Below are positions 13,610 to 25,600 of a stretch of DNA of 64,000 nt, one piece after another. This DNA is from Balanoglossus misakiensis (lineage: Eukaryota > Animalia > Hemichordata). The position numbers and the translations under genes were made by a program. Each line of letters begins with the position of its first letter. The stretch's first letter is position 1. The notes beneath the pieces are model-generated. The model saw only the letters and a list, made by a program, of their open reading frames with translations. It did not search any database and was not told the origin of the DNA. The stretch is taken from contig CM082576.2 of the NCBI GenBank assembly GCA_040954595.2, forward strand, positions 3,446,760-3,510,759, given 5' to 3'.

Positions 13610-16600
13610 GTGAGTTCACAAGCTGGTGTTCTCAGGTACCCAGGCTCATGCATTCAGGGTTTTTGTAGATGGAGACTGTGTATGTAGAGATGTTTATCGC
13701 AGCTTTATCATGTTTTAATTAAGAAGCAAAAAAATTCAATTTGTTTACAGTAGGTTTTTATCATTTAAGTGACCGTCTTCTGATTTCTAGCCGAGGGAAG
13801 TAATGGTGAACCCCGTAGGTAATATTTGACATGATGTGTAGTGTATATGCCAGAAATATTTGGTATCAATACTATCCTCCTTGGCTATATGTATGCATAT
13901 GATAGAAACCCTGTCTGTTCTTCAACACCATGTAACAAGGAAATGTTTTCAGGATACTCCCATAGGGTGATTTGATTTTGTCATAAAATGTTGAAAAACC
14001 AGTCCTCAAGACTCGTTGTTAAGATGCAACAAGAAGATCCTTGGCACCATCATTTTATCCTGAGTGGAGAGGGAGAACCGCTATCAGATGGAGACTGTCT
14101 GTGCTGTCTCCGCGGTATCTATGTTCTCACATTGCCATGGCGACCAGTCTCCCTGTAGACATGTTTGGAAAGCCCTTCAAGGACTGGGCTTTGGAAATTA
14201 CACACAACTTTCCCGCCATCATTAAGAGTTGTTGGCACCTGTAATTGTGGTATATCACCTCCAGGGTTAAGTTGCAAAGTGACAAGACGGGCATCTTCAT
14301 TCCCAGAATTACATCTTTTTATTTCCCTTCTTTTAATACAGCAGACACTGTCCTCTCGGCACTCCACTGATAACTCTACTTCTCTTTTTTTTCCCTACTT
14401 CTTCACGTTTTATTATAGGGAGCCCAGAATCTACAAAGTAGAACGCAGGACAGGCTTCATGCTGCCAAATTACACGAGGTAATTTACAAATAATAGTGAC
14501 TCGGCAATGAAACCTCAAAGAATTATTTCTCTTTCGCTTCACTACGCGAAAGTTGCTTGAGCCTTTGAGGTTTCAATGTTTCCCAGCATGCCTAATTGCC
14601 ATACTGACTTGACCACTTCAAACGGCTTTTGCAAATTGGCAAACTCTGATTAGCATAACATGTGATCAAGTTTTGACCAATCAGTTCCAGACACATTGAT
14701 CGCATTACTAATGATTGTGTTTATTAAGTGTTGCATATCGAAGTGTTCATAATTGATATGTCTGTACGTTGATAGAGAATCTGTGATAGAAAATCTGTGG
14801 ACGTAATAAATACCGTATCAACACTAATGTTTATTCTATAGTGGGTTGTTGTTTCGCTACTTACATATATTTGGTCATTCTCAAGTGCAAAATAGTAGTA
14901 CTCCCTTATTATGTAAAACATTATGTGACAATGTAGATTTCAGATGATGTCAGACAATCCTTTAATGTGCGCTAAATTAATATGTTAATGTACAAAGAAT
15001 AGGAAATTAAAATTTTCACTATTATTTTAGCAGAAAAATGAGTTCAGCGAAAGTAGTGAAAATTAGATATTCTACAGTACATGTATAGGGCACTGAACTG
15101 ATGCCAGATCGATGATATCTACTAGTACAAATCAATATTTATATTTCATTCATATCCGTTTCCATGACCACAAAACAGATCAACATTGAGAGAAAGAGAC
15201 TTTGGAATAATCAGCTTCCTCTTCCTGGAAGCACTTTGAGTAAATCTCATTGTTTTCTGTGAAGCTTCGGGGGAATAGCAAACTAGGCTTTGATGGTTGC
15301 TGTTACACTCGCAAACAGTTTCATGTTAGGGTAGCTCAGATGTAGTCTGAATGCTGTTGTGTTTCAGCTGTCTGTATTCGACGCCGTTCTGTATTGTTAT
15401 TACCGGGTACCTTTGAAGATTGTATTTCTTTGATCTTCATGTGTACTATGCCACCATCTGAATTAATCCATGTTTGAGTGTGTTCCCTGATTTTTAATTG
15501 CGTGATTTTTTCAACCACGACAAAAAGGTTGTTGTCAGGAGATATGTCAGGTCAGTGTCCTCCATCAAATCAGGCTGCAACCTGGATTTTCCCAGAGAAA
15601 GATACTGCAGGAGATAGATTCAGTTGAGAAACTTGGAAATGATTGATTAGTGATGGCCTGGGGGTGCTCGCAAACAATTGGTTCCCATGGCAGATCATTG
15701 CAGCTAAATAGATTACTCGGCTAACATTTCCCATTCCGAGTATTTCATTTTCCTTCTGTTTGACCACTGTGTATGTACATGTGCATGTACAACCAACCAA
15801 CCGCTGATCAAGAAGATCTAAAATGTCATCAAAGATGACTGAATGGAAAAAAGGGGACACCTCATCACCGATATCAAAACAAAACCAAGCCTATAAGATA
15901 AAGCAGCTAGCTGACATGCACACAGCACAGAATACAAGTTATAACTTGATGCAAATAACTCGATAAAACCTGTCTTTTTTTATCGCGATCGACAGTTAAA
16001 TTATTATTTGTTCCCTCATTGGTGACACCAGAGTAACATTTAGATGAGATAGAGCCGATTTATCTTCCCACGTACCATGGCGCGGCTGCTCTGCCCGACA
16101 ATTGATAAATTGTTCTGTCGTATTTGTTTCCTCTTATCATTGTTGGTTTTGGGGAATCTGTGTGGGTTATAGTCTGCAACCATGGTTTAAAAAAATCAAC
16201 CTTTTTCAATGCTGACTATCTTTTTTTAATCTACGGTAAATTTTGAATGCAACTTCAAGTTAATAAGCAGTGTTGTCAAAATATGACTGGCAGATTAATT
16301 TCAATTAAATGTAGATGTTTAAAGGAAAAGATGTTGATAGGTGATGAAAATATTGTTAAATGCAGTATATTAACAAAACCAGCTCAAATTGAGAATTGTT
16401 TGTGTTATTTTCAAAGTACTCTATCAGTTCTATTCAAACTTCACAATTGTGAGCAAAAACAACACTGGGCAGTGTGTATTTTAATTTAAGGCCTATTCTT
16501 TGGCTGTTTTGACAAGACTGTGTGCAGTTTTTAAGCGATTTCCCTATCTGAGTTTTCAGTAATTAGTGACATCATCTCCATTCTTTGTGTACTGTCAATC

Positions 16601-19600
16601 ATGACATCACCAGGAGGTCTGTGAACTCAAAACAGTCATTACATTATATTTCCTGGTTCCTCAGGGTCAGGCTGAGTCAATGCAGGAGTTTGCATTCTCA
16701 TCTATGCATGATTAGTACTTTATTAATAGTAGCAAAAGAATCATCATACCAAAGACATTTTATGATCCAATCGTATGCAAGCATGACATGACATGAGCAA
16801 ACTTACAAAATAGGCAAAAAAGATTAAATTATTAAAAATAGTATTATATTAAAAAAAAACCAAGTTGTCCGCTGATAGGCAAAAAAGATTAAATTATAAA
16901 AAATAGTATTATATTAAAAAAAAACCAAGTTGTCCGCTAACATTCATACTTTGTGAACTCTGATAAAAGAGAGAACAATAGATTTAAAATGAAAATCTTG
17001 CCATCTAGCACAATCAGTTTTCCTAGATTTTGAGTTGATTTTTCTGAGTTATATTAGTTCATTCGTTGTAAGCTTGACTTTCTGTTCTTTTCTACTCTGC
17101 AGGAGGTCCACATGGATTTTGAGAGGAGGCAAAAAGCAGCAAGTGGCCCAGCACCAATAGACACATACTTGGTAAGTGTTATGGAGACAGGCTCTCATGT
17201 ATATACATGTATATACAGAATAGTCTTGATCTTTCACTCTGTTCAAAAGTTGCCATACATATCAAGCATATTATGAAATCATTGTAGTGCGTGTTGATCT
17301 TTTACCATTAAAAGTGTCAGCTAGTTCAAATTAGCAGGTGTGAATTGTTTTTTTCCATCTTTACAATGTAAAAAAATACCAGCCTTCATGATGTGCATTT
17401 TCATTTTAACAATGTCCAATTACCAGCTAATATTGGATGAAATTTACAAAACTGATAGTAAATTTAATTGTGTGATATTTATGATATTTATGTATGCAGT
17501 CATGGTGTCATCCATGAATATATTTCAGCTCAGTGTGTCCGGTTGGGGAAAACCACCCTAACAATAACACTCAACTAGCTGGTACCATGACAATGCAAAC
17601 ACCTGTTGTGCGAGCTGTTCAAAATCACTGAAGCTTGTCACGGTATAACCTTATATGTAGCAGAACGAGGCTTTCCATCGAATTTCTAATATCAAAGCCG
17701 TATAACATTCTCCCATATAAAGTCAAACCCTTCTATAGGTCAGACAAATCTTGAAATATTTGTCTGACACAAGAAAATATTGACGCTGCAGCGTCATGAC
17801 CCAGAAAAGTTGAGTGAGGGCGCTGTTCTCATTGTCATCTTACGTATTCTTGATTTATTTGTCTGCGTGGGATGCGTGTGACTGGCAACAGATGCTGAAT
17901 GACAAGAAAGAGTGAGAAATGTAGCCTTGAAATCAGTGGCTCAAACTCAGAAATTCAGTGACCAAATGGAATTATAAAAGATAATGATTGGAAAAGCAGT
18001 TACTCCCTCAATGCCAATATTTGCCCTGTCAATCAGTGTGTTACTGTCTTAATTCAATCCAAAAGTTATTTTTTTAATATTTACTCTTTATGTGACAATC
18101 TCACTTCATCTTTCTAAAAATATGTAAATATTACTTGTAATATTCTTGAGCTTTCCAGGTAATAATCTGGCTTCCATTTTAATCATATTGGAGATACTGT
18201 CTTCTCTGTTCTGATTAAAGATAAGTACAGTGCAGGACACTTCGGAGAACAGAAAATCCTTAGAACAACATCTATTCAAATCATATCCTTTATTTTTTTA
18301 ATTTCAAGACCAAACCTGCAGTGGCCTCGCCGATCACATACCAAGCGCCGGCAAAACTTCCTGGTCTGGAAGGCTCCTTCCTGAATGCACCGGTTCCTGC
18401 CGGCTGCATGGAAGCACAGAAAGCACTGCAGAAAGTTCAGACGAGCAAGGTGTACCTGGACACCAATCTGGATGTGGTGGCGCATGCCAGGAATAATGAA
18501 GAGCTTTACACGCTCATTGACAGGATGATGTACGACAGGTAAAGAGAATTTTTTCATGGTGATAACGTCTGAGAGTATTTCAAACACACTTTTTTTAGAC
18601 AAACATGATCAACATAGACAGATAGACAGAGGAGGACCAATAGATGCACAAAAGAAAGAATGACAGGCAGGGGAAGACAGGAAGGTGGGGTTGGAAGATG
18701 AGATAGAAAGAGACAAAGCTGGAGCCAATGACACACACCAAGAAGGAAGGGCTTTGAGAGTCTCCTTGTCCGAAGCAGAGAAGCCAGGTGACATGGCTGA
18801 CACCAGCCACTGTACACAGGTGTTGAGCCATGTCTGGCTTGGTGTAGCAGAACACCAAACAGTGCAACTGCATCCATCAGTCACTCATTCAGTGAAAACC
18901 ATGCACCATTTAACATTTCCCCCTCCATTGTGGAGGCAACAGTGCGTTGATATGGAGACTGATCTGTATCAGTGAGGAATTTGTTCACCCTTGGTGAATC
19001 GCGGAAATGATGCATCACGTCATTGTGAATGCGATGCATGGATTTCTTCTGATTTTTTTTGACAGCCGTCAGAATGAGGGGAAACAAAATCTGAGCATTT
19101 TTCTCGTCTGGTGTGTTGGTGACCATGGCACAGACAATGATAAGTATTTCGCTTTGTGTAGTCTTTCATGTGGTGGGTGATGTCACACCAAAAAAAGAAA
19201 AGACACAATAAAATGTCAGATGGCAGTGAATTGATTTCCATGGTTATCAATATTCAAGTTTACTGTGTCCTTGGTCCTTGAATAAGTGAATCGATCAAGT
19301 CTCATGAATCTTCTCTTTTTGTCATCCACTTTTGATCCTGCATAATTATTGTAGACTGTACTAGATTCAATGTTGATATTTTATCTGCAAACAGGGATAT
19401 AAATTACAGGCTCTGAAATTCACATCACGTATATACATCATGTACATGTACACACGTATGATCGGTAGAGGAAACAGTATCGTTAATGAGTAAAGTCTCT
19501 CGGCAGCATATGTAATCACTGTGGTTTCCACATATGCCTTAATTCATTTAATACTATAATGTTTTTTTGTACTTAAATCATGTAGACTAGCTTTTGTTTG

Positions 19601-22600
19601 AATAACATTTTTTTCATATCACTTGGAAGTTTTGGGAAACTGCATAATTCATCCAGTTTGTGTTCCAATGTTATAATTTTTGTCAAAGTGGCTGAAAGAA
19701 CCTCTCAAAAGAACTGGAGGAGAAATGGAACTTGCGGGTGGAGGGCAAACACAGAGGGGGGGGGGGGAGGGTGAATGTCAGATGGTGTTCTGTCAGATGA
19801 TTCTATCTCAAGTCCTGAGGTGTGTTAAAAGTTCACCTGTTGATAAATTGGTCACATCTGTTGCTTTGGATTACAGAGTGACTGGGTCCGTCATGTATCA
19901 TTCATGTGAACTTTGAAAAACTATCTTCTTGATAATTTTTTTGCCATCTGTAGTTTTCTCCGGTTGCTGTGAAATGTCACAGTGTTGTCCAGATGTCGCA
20001 GAAAAGATTGTTTTGTGTGTGACTGAGTGACCAGCTTGCGGGCATACAGCTCCACTGTTAATTTCCTCAAAGGACTCTAGCCAGAAGTTAATGTCGAGTT
20101 GGCCGGTTTTGAAGCAAAAAGTTGAAGTTGAATGGGCTGTTTTAGGGAGCTGAAACTTCTGCTTCTGATTGCAATACTTCAGCTGTGTATTTGGTTGTGC
20201 GCCCAATACCACTGCATTCTAGTGTCCACGGGTGACAACAGAAATCCCCCGCACAAGCGCATCATGAATCATCGATGCATCCATGCACGACTGAAATTGA
20301 CAAATGATGTTCATTGGACACGGAAATCAGATGCCGGAATCATTTTTATGAGGAAGAACCTCCCATGGTGTGCCGGGTCTGTACCCAAAGTTATCCGAGG
20401 AATCTACGCCCAGGTTGTTAAACATATCCCCGTCTAACTGTTGGGCTGCTTTTCAGATTGATGGGAACGCAATGGCGATGGCCAAATGCTGTGATTTCCT
20501 GCAAGAGCCACAAATCAGGAATGAATGAGCCCAGATTATGACCTGTCGTGCCACTGTTCATACGTTACAATTAAAACAGCCGGGTGCATTCAAAGAACCT
20601 GTCACAAAATGACCAGAGTTTCTGCATCTATAGTGATTAGAGCATTTAAACAAAGGATGCTGTTCAGTTTCATCTGCTGTGTAAATTTCAATCTATTTTT
20701 AATCACCCATCAATAAATTTCTACATCGTTACTATATATATATTGAAAATTCATTGGGTCGCCATATAGATTATGATTAGTTAACTCGTAGTTATTGGCG
20801 GTTCTGAAAATTCAAAATGATGTCTCTTTCATTGACATTGCAAATTAAAATTAATGTCCCTTTAATTATTTTTTTCTAGCTGGCTTCTGAATGTTTCATG
20901 CTTGTGCAAAGTTTTAGAAACAACTCTTTAAGAGTAGCTTCACATTGTGTTGTATTTCGAAACGTTCTCAAAATCATCAAAAATGAATGTTGATTTTATA
21001 TCAGTCCAAACACACACGTGTCTACAGTACTCAGTGTGATAGCAAAATCAACAAGGACAACATTTGCTACACTTAGAGGTAATTGTATGCTTTTTCAGTG
21101 TACCAGCCATTGATTTTCCTTATTTCTTGCCGTTTCCCATTCATAAAATTTGAATGAAACCAGGAGTTGATAATTATATGCAGAAATATTGTACCAGGGG
21201 GCTTTTTTCTTCGCTGTTACTGTTATTGTGTTGGTAAACTCATTCAGTATTGTCGCTGTGAATTTGGCCTGGAGATACAGTCTTTGAATTTTCAATAGCA
21301 TCAATCTTTCTTTTCATTTTTCTGAAAATTATAGTTAGCGGGCTAAAAAGGTGTTTCTAAGTAACAATTTCACGGCTTTACTTGTGACCGATGGTGACGA
21401 TATATTCATGATTTCCCCAATGATTTCATATGTCGGGGTGGGCGGAAAGATATTCTGGAATATTTCTCTTGACTTTTTCCCTTAAAGTCGAGTGAAATAT
21501 GTGTGTGTTTTGTCCTCTGCGGGTGGATATTGGCAAATCCTTTCTTGATAAAGTGAAAATTATTGACTCTTATGCTCAATCAAGCCCAGTAGTGGATCAC
21601 TGATATATGATATATTTGGTTGTAATTCTTTTTTTCAAAATAACTCCTACCAGTGCTAATGGGTAGATTAAAGGACCCCCTTTTCACTGTTAGATTTGTT
21701 CCACAAGCCAAGTTTTAGCTTTTTGGAGATTAATATTTTTCTTCAAATATCAGATCTGCCAACCAGGCACTGTGAGATCCCAGCTTTCACATGTTTCACT
21801 GAAAAGCGCAAATCCTTGGGAAGATCATTTATTCAGCATTTTGTCTGAAACCAAACATTTATGTTTTATGGGGACGGCAACAGCGGGACAGCTGATGTAC
21901 GTATTCCGACAGTGCGCCCACGGGGATGGCAACTGGAGAAGGATTTGTCGAGTTCTGTCAGAGCCACGCAGGGATTTGCTGCTACATGAGACCAATGTGT
22001 AGTATACCGGTGTGTATATGCTGGGGGAGTTGAAATCAGAAGTTTTCCGGGGAAATAGTGAACAGAATAAAAGATGCAACGAGCTGGCTCAGTGTTATTG
22101 TGCTACTGGTGATTTGTATTTCCCTGTCAATACTTAAAACTAAGCTAAAGTCCAGGCACGTATGCACACAAAACCTGCTAATGAAGAAAGCTTGTCTGAA
22201 AAGCGGGATCGTGTTCTTGATCACGGAACAGGAATCTTCCTGCTCTTTCATCAATTTTTACAAACCTATTGATTTTTAGCCCTGGCGATTTTTGAGGCGA
22301 TGGCGTATTCAGCTCAGACGGCAGACGTGATGAACGGTCGGCACCGCATCAGTCCGCGAGATGAATACTAAATCAATTAAAGAGGGACAGGAAATCAGTC
22401 CTGGCAACTGCCATCCGCTCGAGCAATAAGATATTCAGAGCTGCTTCTCAAACACTGATTTGTAATTTCCAGCCATGTATGCCGGCTTTCCCCCCGGGGG
22501 TGCAGTGAGACCCTGATCCTCCCTGGGCGAGGTCCCTTGCTTCTGACCATGCATACTCAAGAGATGGTGTTGTCTTTCTCGGGGAGAGAGAGGTTGCATA

Positions 22601-25600
22601 CTAATTGGAAGGTGGAGCCGGTCCAGAGTCAGTACGGGTCATGATATTCCCAGGACAGAACCGGAGAATTCAGACAGAAATGAGGAATGATTCTCACTGA
22701 TTTTGAGTGATGGATGGGTCATATGAAATGTGACATCGCTAGTCAGCCAGTGGCTCTGTCAGACTGCCATAAATATCATTATGATCATACAGATCAGACA
22801 AAAACAAACCAAAAAATAAAACACACAGACAAAGCGAAGCAAATCTGTATAATCAGTTCTTGTCTTGATTCTGAAGCTCCAGAGTCAAAAATCCAATTTA
22901 ATCATCCGCCTGTTATTGAATAGTGATCAGTTCCTGTGTCAACATCATCACTGATCATGGCTGTCACATTACCAGAACCCCCCCCCCCCCTACCCATGTG
23001 TGCATGCACCAGTTGTCATCCAATGTAAACTGGCCGAGCAGCTATAAAAAAAATATTGCCCATAAATCTCAACCGATGTTAGGTAATATGCGTGATCCAA
23101 GTCAGAATAATCCAACCTTGACAACAGCGCTGGCTTCTGTGCCGACAGACTGCCGTAACTTCGAATGCAATCACTCGGAACATCTGGCATCTTAATCTCC
23201 ATCTCCTCCCCATCTTTCACTTTGTTTCTCCAGAGACACTGCCGAGAAGGCTCACATCCGATCTGAAGTGGATAAGATGATCCATCAGATTAATTATGAA
23301 CTGGAGGTGAGTAGCTTTCCGTGTCGGCCCATAGACGTACTCGGCCTGCTTTTCTGATGAAAGAGCAGACTGATGGGCTCCGACGGAGACAAGATACAAA
23401 ATTGAGATTTACCGCACCTGTGGGAAATGCCCCTCGACAGGCAGGCACGTCCAGATGCCGAGCCTGAATGCTGAACTGAAAAATTCATCGCCTGTGTGCC
23501 TTTTTTTGTTGTGACTTTGAGATTTATATATATGGCAAAAGGTGAAACATCTTTGTCCTTGTCCCCCAGACTTTCTGTGTTCTTTAATGCAATCAGAGGA
23601 TTGTACTATTATGTTAGGTAAATTGAAATCACTGGGGGATGAACAGCCTTGCCATCAATTCAGGTTTGTTTATTTCTGTTCGTAATGCTGAGACATGCTA
23701 AGAAAAGATTATACTGTCACTTTTGGCTATTATCTAGCAGTTTTTTTTTTTTTGGATCTACCGGTACTCTGTTTCTTTCCCTGTAATATGCTTACTAAAA
23801 TACAAGAGTTCTGTTTGTCAATGTCGCATGCATATGTGTGATGACTGTGACAGTAAATTGAGATTTTATGCTGCACATTCATCACCTTGACTGCATCACA
23901 GTACCCAGTGCAGCATCACATTATCCAGTGATTAAATTCTCTTCAATGACATGTACAGTAAAACCTGTCTGAACTGGACACCAAAGAAATTGTTCAGTTT
24001 GCAGAGGGTCCAGTTTATAGAGGTTCTCCAAACATGTGGTTCTGTGCAAAAGGGACTGGAAAAGGTGTTCAGTATAGACAGGTTTCCAGATTGGAGAGGG
24101 TTTTGTAATATAGGTTTTACTGTATTATTGAAGTGAGCAAGCAAGGGCATCTTATTTTGTGTGTTGAAAAGTACCCCCAGCTCTGAAAACTCAAAAACTA
24201 GTTTTGTGTTCTTGCACTGAGGAGCATAGCTAACAAATTAAAGTTTGTTGACCTTTTATTCAAGCTTGTATTTTTTTTTTCCATTTTCACCGATTGGCAA
24301 GCGAGTTCAGTGTTTTTGTCAGTTGATGATAGTCAGTCATTATTGATAAAGAAAGTGATACGCGTATAGTATTAGGTGACCGGCACGGGAAAGGTTGCTC
24401 ATATTAATGTTAATCAAGTGTAACTCTAAACCGTAAAAAGTATATTTACCAAATGCTTTGAGGTACTCTAATTGAAAGAACATGACACCCTTGTAGTCAC
24501 GGTAATACAACGCTTCCTGGCTGAGTGTTCCAGGCTGAAGAAATGTATCCTTTTCATTCAAGTGTCATTTTTCTATGTTACCTTCTCTCTTTGTGTGTGT
24601 ACATGTATGTGTGTGACTGTTAATGCTCATGTTTGCGTCCGCCCGTAGATTGAGTTTCAACAAACGCGAAAACAGAGCGGGGCAGGAGCGACCATCCCTC
24701 AGAGAGACCCCGATGCAGCCAAGACAGCTGCCGCCAAAGGCAAGACCAAGCCCGCCAAGAAAAAGGTGCAGGCCAAAATAAACACCGGACTGAAAAAGAA
24801 AAAACCTGTTGGGGATGACGTGGAGGGGAAGGAAAATAAACCAGAGAAGCAGACAGTGAGTGCTAGTTTGGCTGGCTTTGTTTTATCGTAGACCGTAGAA
24901 AGATTTTATACTATGTTGTTTGATCCAGCATGTTTATATGTTGAAACATGCATCTGATGGGAGAGACTGAGTGCTCCCTCACGAAGTCACACCGGTTCAC
25001 ATTAGACTGACACAGCCCAGATATTCTACTCCCTGATGTGTTCCTTTGTGCAACCTGAGCCCATTAAATCATTTAGCATAGGAGAGGAAAAGAGGTTTTG
25101 TGTTCAAAATGCCAGTCGTGTGAAATTCTAGATGCAATAAGCACACCCTGGTCTTTTGTCTACTGACAGACCAAATCTGTTGCCATGGAGAGTCCACAAA
25201 TCCAGATTTTCTCTCAGCGTCTGAGTGTGAGATGTCTTCATTTTATGTATTAAAGCAGTCTGCCAGATTGATCCACAAATGCAAAAAAGCACAGTCTCTC
25301 CTCCTGTTTGCTTGGCATCATATCTTTTTCTTAACATTTTTCAAATAAAAGTCTTTTGAAAGGCACATTATATATCTCTTGATAGGTTAAGAAACCACCA
25401 AAGGTAGCCCCGTCACATATGCAAGATGAGCAGTACTTGACACGAGTGTATGGGAAAGCACTGTACCATCCACAGAGAACTACAGAAAAGACGGGTCCCT
25501 ATTTAAGACTAAAGAGTACACCAGCCAAACCTAGTGGTGGCCGACCAAAAGTGAGCAAAGATGTACAAGGTGAGGGCTGGGTGATGGAGACACACCTTAC

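Noticed and set aside
14929-15079. Decayed ..TACAGTA-ended MITE-like remnant (similar end at 51352-51402)
   Set aside because: Only one convincing terminus in each case; too degenerate to call without a repeat library.
18554-18975. Cluster of 90-107 aa ORFs on both strands after TALPID3 exon 18309-18538
   Set aside because: Purine/pyrimidine-skewed intronic sequence; translations are low-complexity with no homology.
24545-24553. U12-type donor consensus GTATCCTTT (also at 10199)
   Set aside because: No matching U12 branch point or upstream exon; the U2 exon chain already closes in phase.
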